A model generated the notes under the pieces. It did no database searches. It was given only the letters and a program-made list of their open reading frames with translations, and was not told where the DNA came from. Shown here piece after piece: positions 61,801 to 64,000 of a DNA stretch of 64,000 bases; position 1 is the first letter of the stretch, and every line of letters starts with the position of its first letter. The stretch is taken from positions 10,478,001 through 10,542,000 of the forward strand of contig NC_135258.1 in NCBI RefSeq assembly GCF_964204865.1. The letters run 5' to 3'. A program made the translations under genes and the position numbers. This DNA comes from Styela clava. Taxonomy: Eukaryota.

Positions 61801-63734
61801 TTCTTTTTGCTGCTTGCTCTTTATGCGTTCTACTTCTAATTAAAAGCAGCATGTGCTCTGTCTATGTTTTAAAAATACTGTATTTGAAAATGTACAAACT
61901 CAAATATAAGTGTATTAAAAAATATAAATAGATAGTGCCATCACAAAATTATGCTTGTAGTTCATTTTGACACTCATATAGAAGGACAATGCTGCTTGCT
62001 GATACTTCGCAAGATAACGCTTTCATGCTTTTGGGGTGACTCAAATTTCAGTTTCCATCATTTATCACATTCCTTCAATAATGTGATAAACTGGTCACAT
62101 TTCTTTTTATGATCCTTTCACAATGTCATCAAAAATTTTAGGTGATAATAATGCATGTTCAAATAGGTAATGGTTAATCTTGTTTTGTGCGACATATTAG
62201 AAGCCAAATTTAACATGCGCAATGTATGATATGGTCTAAAATAGTACTTAATACTTACTAACTGTATTGTAAATCATTATCGTGCTGGAAAAATTTAATT
62301 TATCACCAAAGCACGATAAATTACCGAAAATCAAAACTTTGTTGAAAAAATGCTTATTGCTGCACTATAATGCACAACTAACGCAAATCGCTGCTATTAA
62401 TATGGTAAAAAAACAGTGGGATTTGACTGCTTGTGCAGGTTACCAACCACGCGAGTTCTACAACGATGAAAGTGCAGACGTCCTTAAGACTGAAATTCTG
62501 ACCAATCCTGTCAAAAAATCTGTGTGTAAGTAAAACCAGTATAGTACAATATATAATCAGAATGAAAAATTTTGCTTGGCATTCTGGGTAATTTTTTTCT
62601 TCGTCGTTCCAATATCTTTTGTTTGTTTCAGCACATTTTACTTGTTTCAAATATGCAGCATTTTTGTTTATCTTGGTTTGTGTTCTGATCACTAATATTG
62701 GAAAGCTGATGTATGTTCAAATGAATTACTTTACTTTTATAGACTAATGCTTCACTGAATTTCCTTCTTTCTGCTTTTTTCTTTGTTTGTGTCAAATATT
62801 GTTTTCTTTGTGTTTGTTGAAGCTCTTGCACTTCTTTTTATTTTGATTTTATTCAGCAATAATGTTATATTTTAGATTTGTCCTCGTAAGTCGAATAAAT
62901 GACATACGATTTTGGTGATTTAAAATAAATTTCCTTTCTTTTACCTTAATAGTTACGATTTATGAGGACAACTCTGAGCTTTTCACATGCGTTGCACATT
63001 CTTATTTATTTTCATTCACAGAGCACTGAAATTTTTGATTTACTTTGCTTTTACTATTCATGCATATCTATTTGGCTTTTAATTTTGTTTATTCGTGTAT
63101 TTCCAGCCGTTCGACCAGTTGTACCACCTTTAACCAACTTAATCTATATGGAAGGTAAGATGGTTTATATTTTACACTTTTCGTAAACAAATGGAATACC
63201 TTGTTTACTGGCTGTCAAAATGCAATTGTGGTAGTCGGTATGGAGTAACCTGAATAAGGTTCTTTATATTCATGAGGTCAAGATAATTAGTAAATAGGTA
63301 GTGTATTGAAAATACACATTGTCTTAAAGAAGATACGTTATCAAGCAGGGAAACCTGTGATTAAGTCTAACATTAATTATAACAGAAAAAAAATAAAGAT
63401 AAACATTTTTAATTATAGCAAGTTAAATTTTATGTTTGTTCATGCAACTGGCAATAATATAAGATAATAATATATATCTGATCATCTTTCATTAGTCTTT
63501 TTAAATAAACTATTCAGCTTATAAAATCGATTTTTTACTAGATGATGAATGGTCAGTCCCACAATTTGGTGGGTCATCTTACATGGAATTCAAAAAGATG
63601 TCTGCATACAGTGCTGCAACAATTCATATGACGTTCAAATCTGTTGATTCAGAAGGATTGCTTTTGTATAATGGACAAAATACAGGAAGAGATTTCATCT
63701 CACTTGCTATTATTGGAGGCTATGTGGAATTTAG
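26014..63734 (+). CDS. AGRN: Agrin (secreted NtA-type proteoglycan), 5' portion; gene continues beyond the window
   Basis: In-phase exons: 26014-26286, 28181-28318, 28700-28820 (signal peptide + NtA); 42569-42604 (linker); 43273-43503, 47355-47579, 48935-49183 (FS1-3); 49809-49930, 50697-50794, 51455-51633 (extra SEA-like); 52177-52410, 52731-52875, 53038-53111, 53293-53381, 53653-53776, 53933-54092, 54295-54413 (FS4-7); 54587-54667; 55480-55644, 55978-56121 (LE1-2); 56243-56385, 58030-58135 (FS8); 58412-58681 (S/T); 59103-59200; 59433-59478; 60046-60173, 60488-60692 (SEA); 63107-63154; 63542-63734 (LG1 start). This domain order is diagnostic of agrin. Alternative ATG at 26044. Confidence 0.96.
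27514..28141. mobile_element. About 630-bp hAT-type MITE in agrin intron 1
   Basis: 14-bp TIR CAGTGGTGGCCAAC ... GTTGGCCACCCCTG (13/14 match); GCGATCGAC subterminal motifs at both ends; no clear TSD. Confidence 0.8.
27541..27607. repeat. 29-bp tandem repeat, 2.3 copies, within the MITE
   Basis: CGATCGACTAAAATCTTCAAAATAGCTCG exact at 27541-27569 and 27570-27598, plus a partial third copy. Confidence 0.95.
29924..30144 (+). CDS. Candidate alternative (probably terminal) agrin exon directly after NtA
   Basis: Acceptor ccctcgatttcccag; phase 1 matches the exon-3 donor; 73 open codons EKPLRFTT...[17 protein letters not shown]; GC-richer than flanks. Confidence 0.5.
45306..45413 (+). CDS. Candidate 108-nt cassette exon of agrin between FS1 and FS2
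   Basis: Acceptor cttaccaccttcaacag, donor ACAT|gtatgg, symmetric phase 1-1, open frame [36 protein letters not shown]. Confidence 0.65.
48610..48830 (+). repeat. Interspersed repeat (SINE or LINE 3'-end-like), related copy at about 52033-52156
   Basis: Collinear shared blocks TGGTAAC..GGCCA..TTAAGCCATC..CTTTC-T-TCCCC..ATAAA-ATG-AA-TCCTA in both copies; GC-richer than the surrounding intron. Confidence 0.45.
49809..51633 (+). CDS. AGRN: Three agrin exons (49809-49930, 50697-50794, 51455-51633) encoding an extra 133-aa SEA-like module
   Basis: Canonical splice sites, phases 1-0-2-1, 399 nt open. Reads [31 protein letters not shown]|[20 protein letters not shown]|SAMMTW..., matching the SEA beta1-alpha1-beta2-GS-beta3 pattern. 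Confidence 0.8.
52033..52156 (+). repeat. Second, diverged copy of the same interspersed repeat, ending about 20 bp before the FS4 acceptor
   Basis: Same collinear blocks as 48730-48830; ends in an ATCCT-like tail (atcctatccatatcc). Confidence 0.4.
55480..56121 (+). CDS. AGRN: Agrin laminin-EGF domains 1 and 2
   Basis: [38 protein letters not shown] and [25 protein letters not shown]; GFWNFR and VRDDCxQMTG are agrin signatures. Confidence 0.95.
62439..62525 (+). CDS. Candidate 87-nt cassette exon of agrin between SEA and LG1
   Basis: Acceptor ctgcttgtgcag, donor GTGT|gtaagt, phase 1-1, open frame [29 protein letters not shown]. Confidence 0.6.
63542..63734 (+). CDS. AGRN: Agrin laminin-G domain 1, first exon
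   Basis: [48 protein letters not shown]; acceptor ttttttactag, donor gtgcag. Confidence 0.93.
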
Positions 63735-64000
63735 GTGCAGTTAATATATAAATTTGATAATTGTCCTTCTCAGAGTGCTTGATGACCTCTTTTTAAGAAT
63801 GACTATTGGTTTGGATGGTAAAATTCCATCTTTATTTCTATATTTTGAATTTAAACACATATTTATGCATTCAGACTGATTTTGACATTACTCAAATATG
63901 ATCATGATGTAATAGCCACCATAAGAACTTGTTCAAAATGCTTTTTGAGTTAGGTTGTCAACAGTTACTTAGAATCAAGATCATGATCTCTTCATTATCA

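Noticed and set aside
62953-63106. Hydrophobic in-frame extension upstream of exon 63107 as a transmembrane segment
   Set aside because: It is the translation of a T-rich polypyrimidine tract; a strong acceptor sits at 63106.

Overview
AT-rich eukaryotic (animal) genomic DNA with GT-AG introns; no prokaryotic features, CRISPR arrays, tRNA or rRNA were recognised. An invertebrate chordate such as an ascidian is plausible (low GC, vertebrate-like proteins, mosaic CpG pattern), but this is inference only. Three + strand genes were reconstructed by hand from splice sites and reading phase: (1) phytanoyl-CoA dioxygenase PHYH, 7 exons, 557-4093, 324 aa; (2) a cyclic-nucleotide-gated (CNG) channel subunit, 13 coding exons, 10162-20485, about 936 aa, with a highly non-canonical pore (IVND where CNG alpha subunits have TIGE); (3) agrin, from 26014 to beyond the window end, with NtA, 8 follistatin/Kazal domains, 2 laminin-EGF domains, a Ser/Thr region, SEA and the start of LG1. 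The most notable points are an extra three-exon SEA-like module with a G^SAVL autoproteolysis-like motif inside the agrin follistatin array, a candidate NtA-only short isoform with a polybasic tail, several in-phase cassette or micro-exon candidates, a sharp CpG-rich to CpG-poor boundary near 40 kb inside agrin intron 3, and several hAT-type MITEs. Most entries in the ORF track are intronic noise or exon read-throughs. Comparisons to vertebrate proteins are from memory of those sequences, not from a search.
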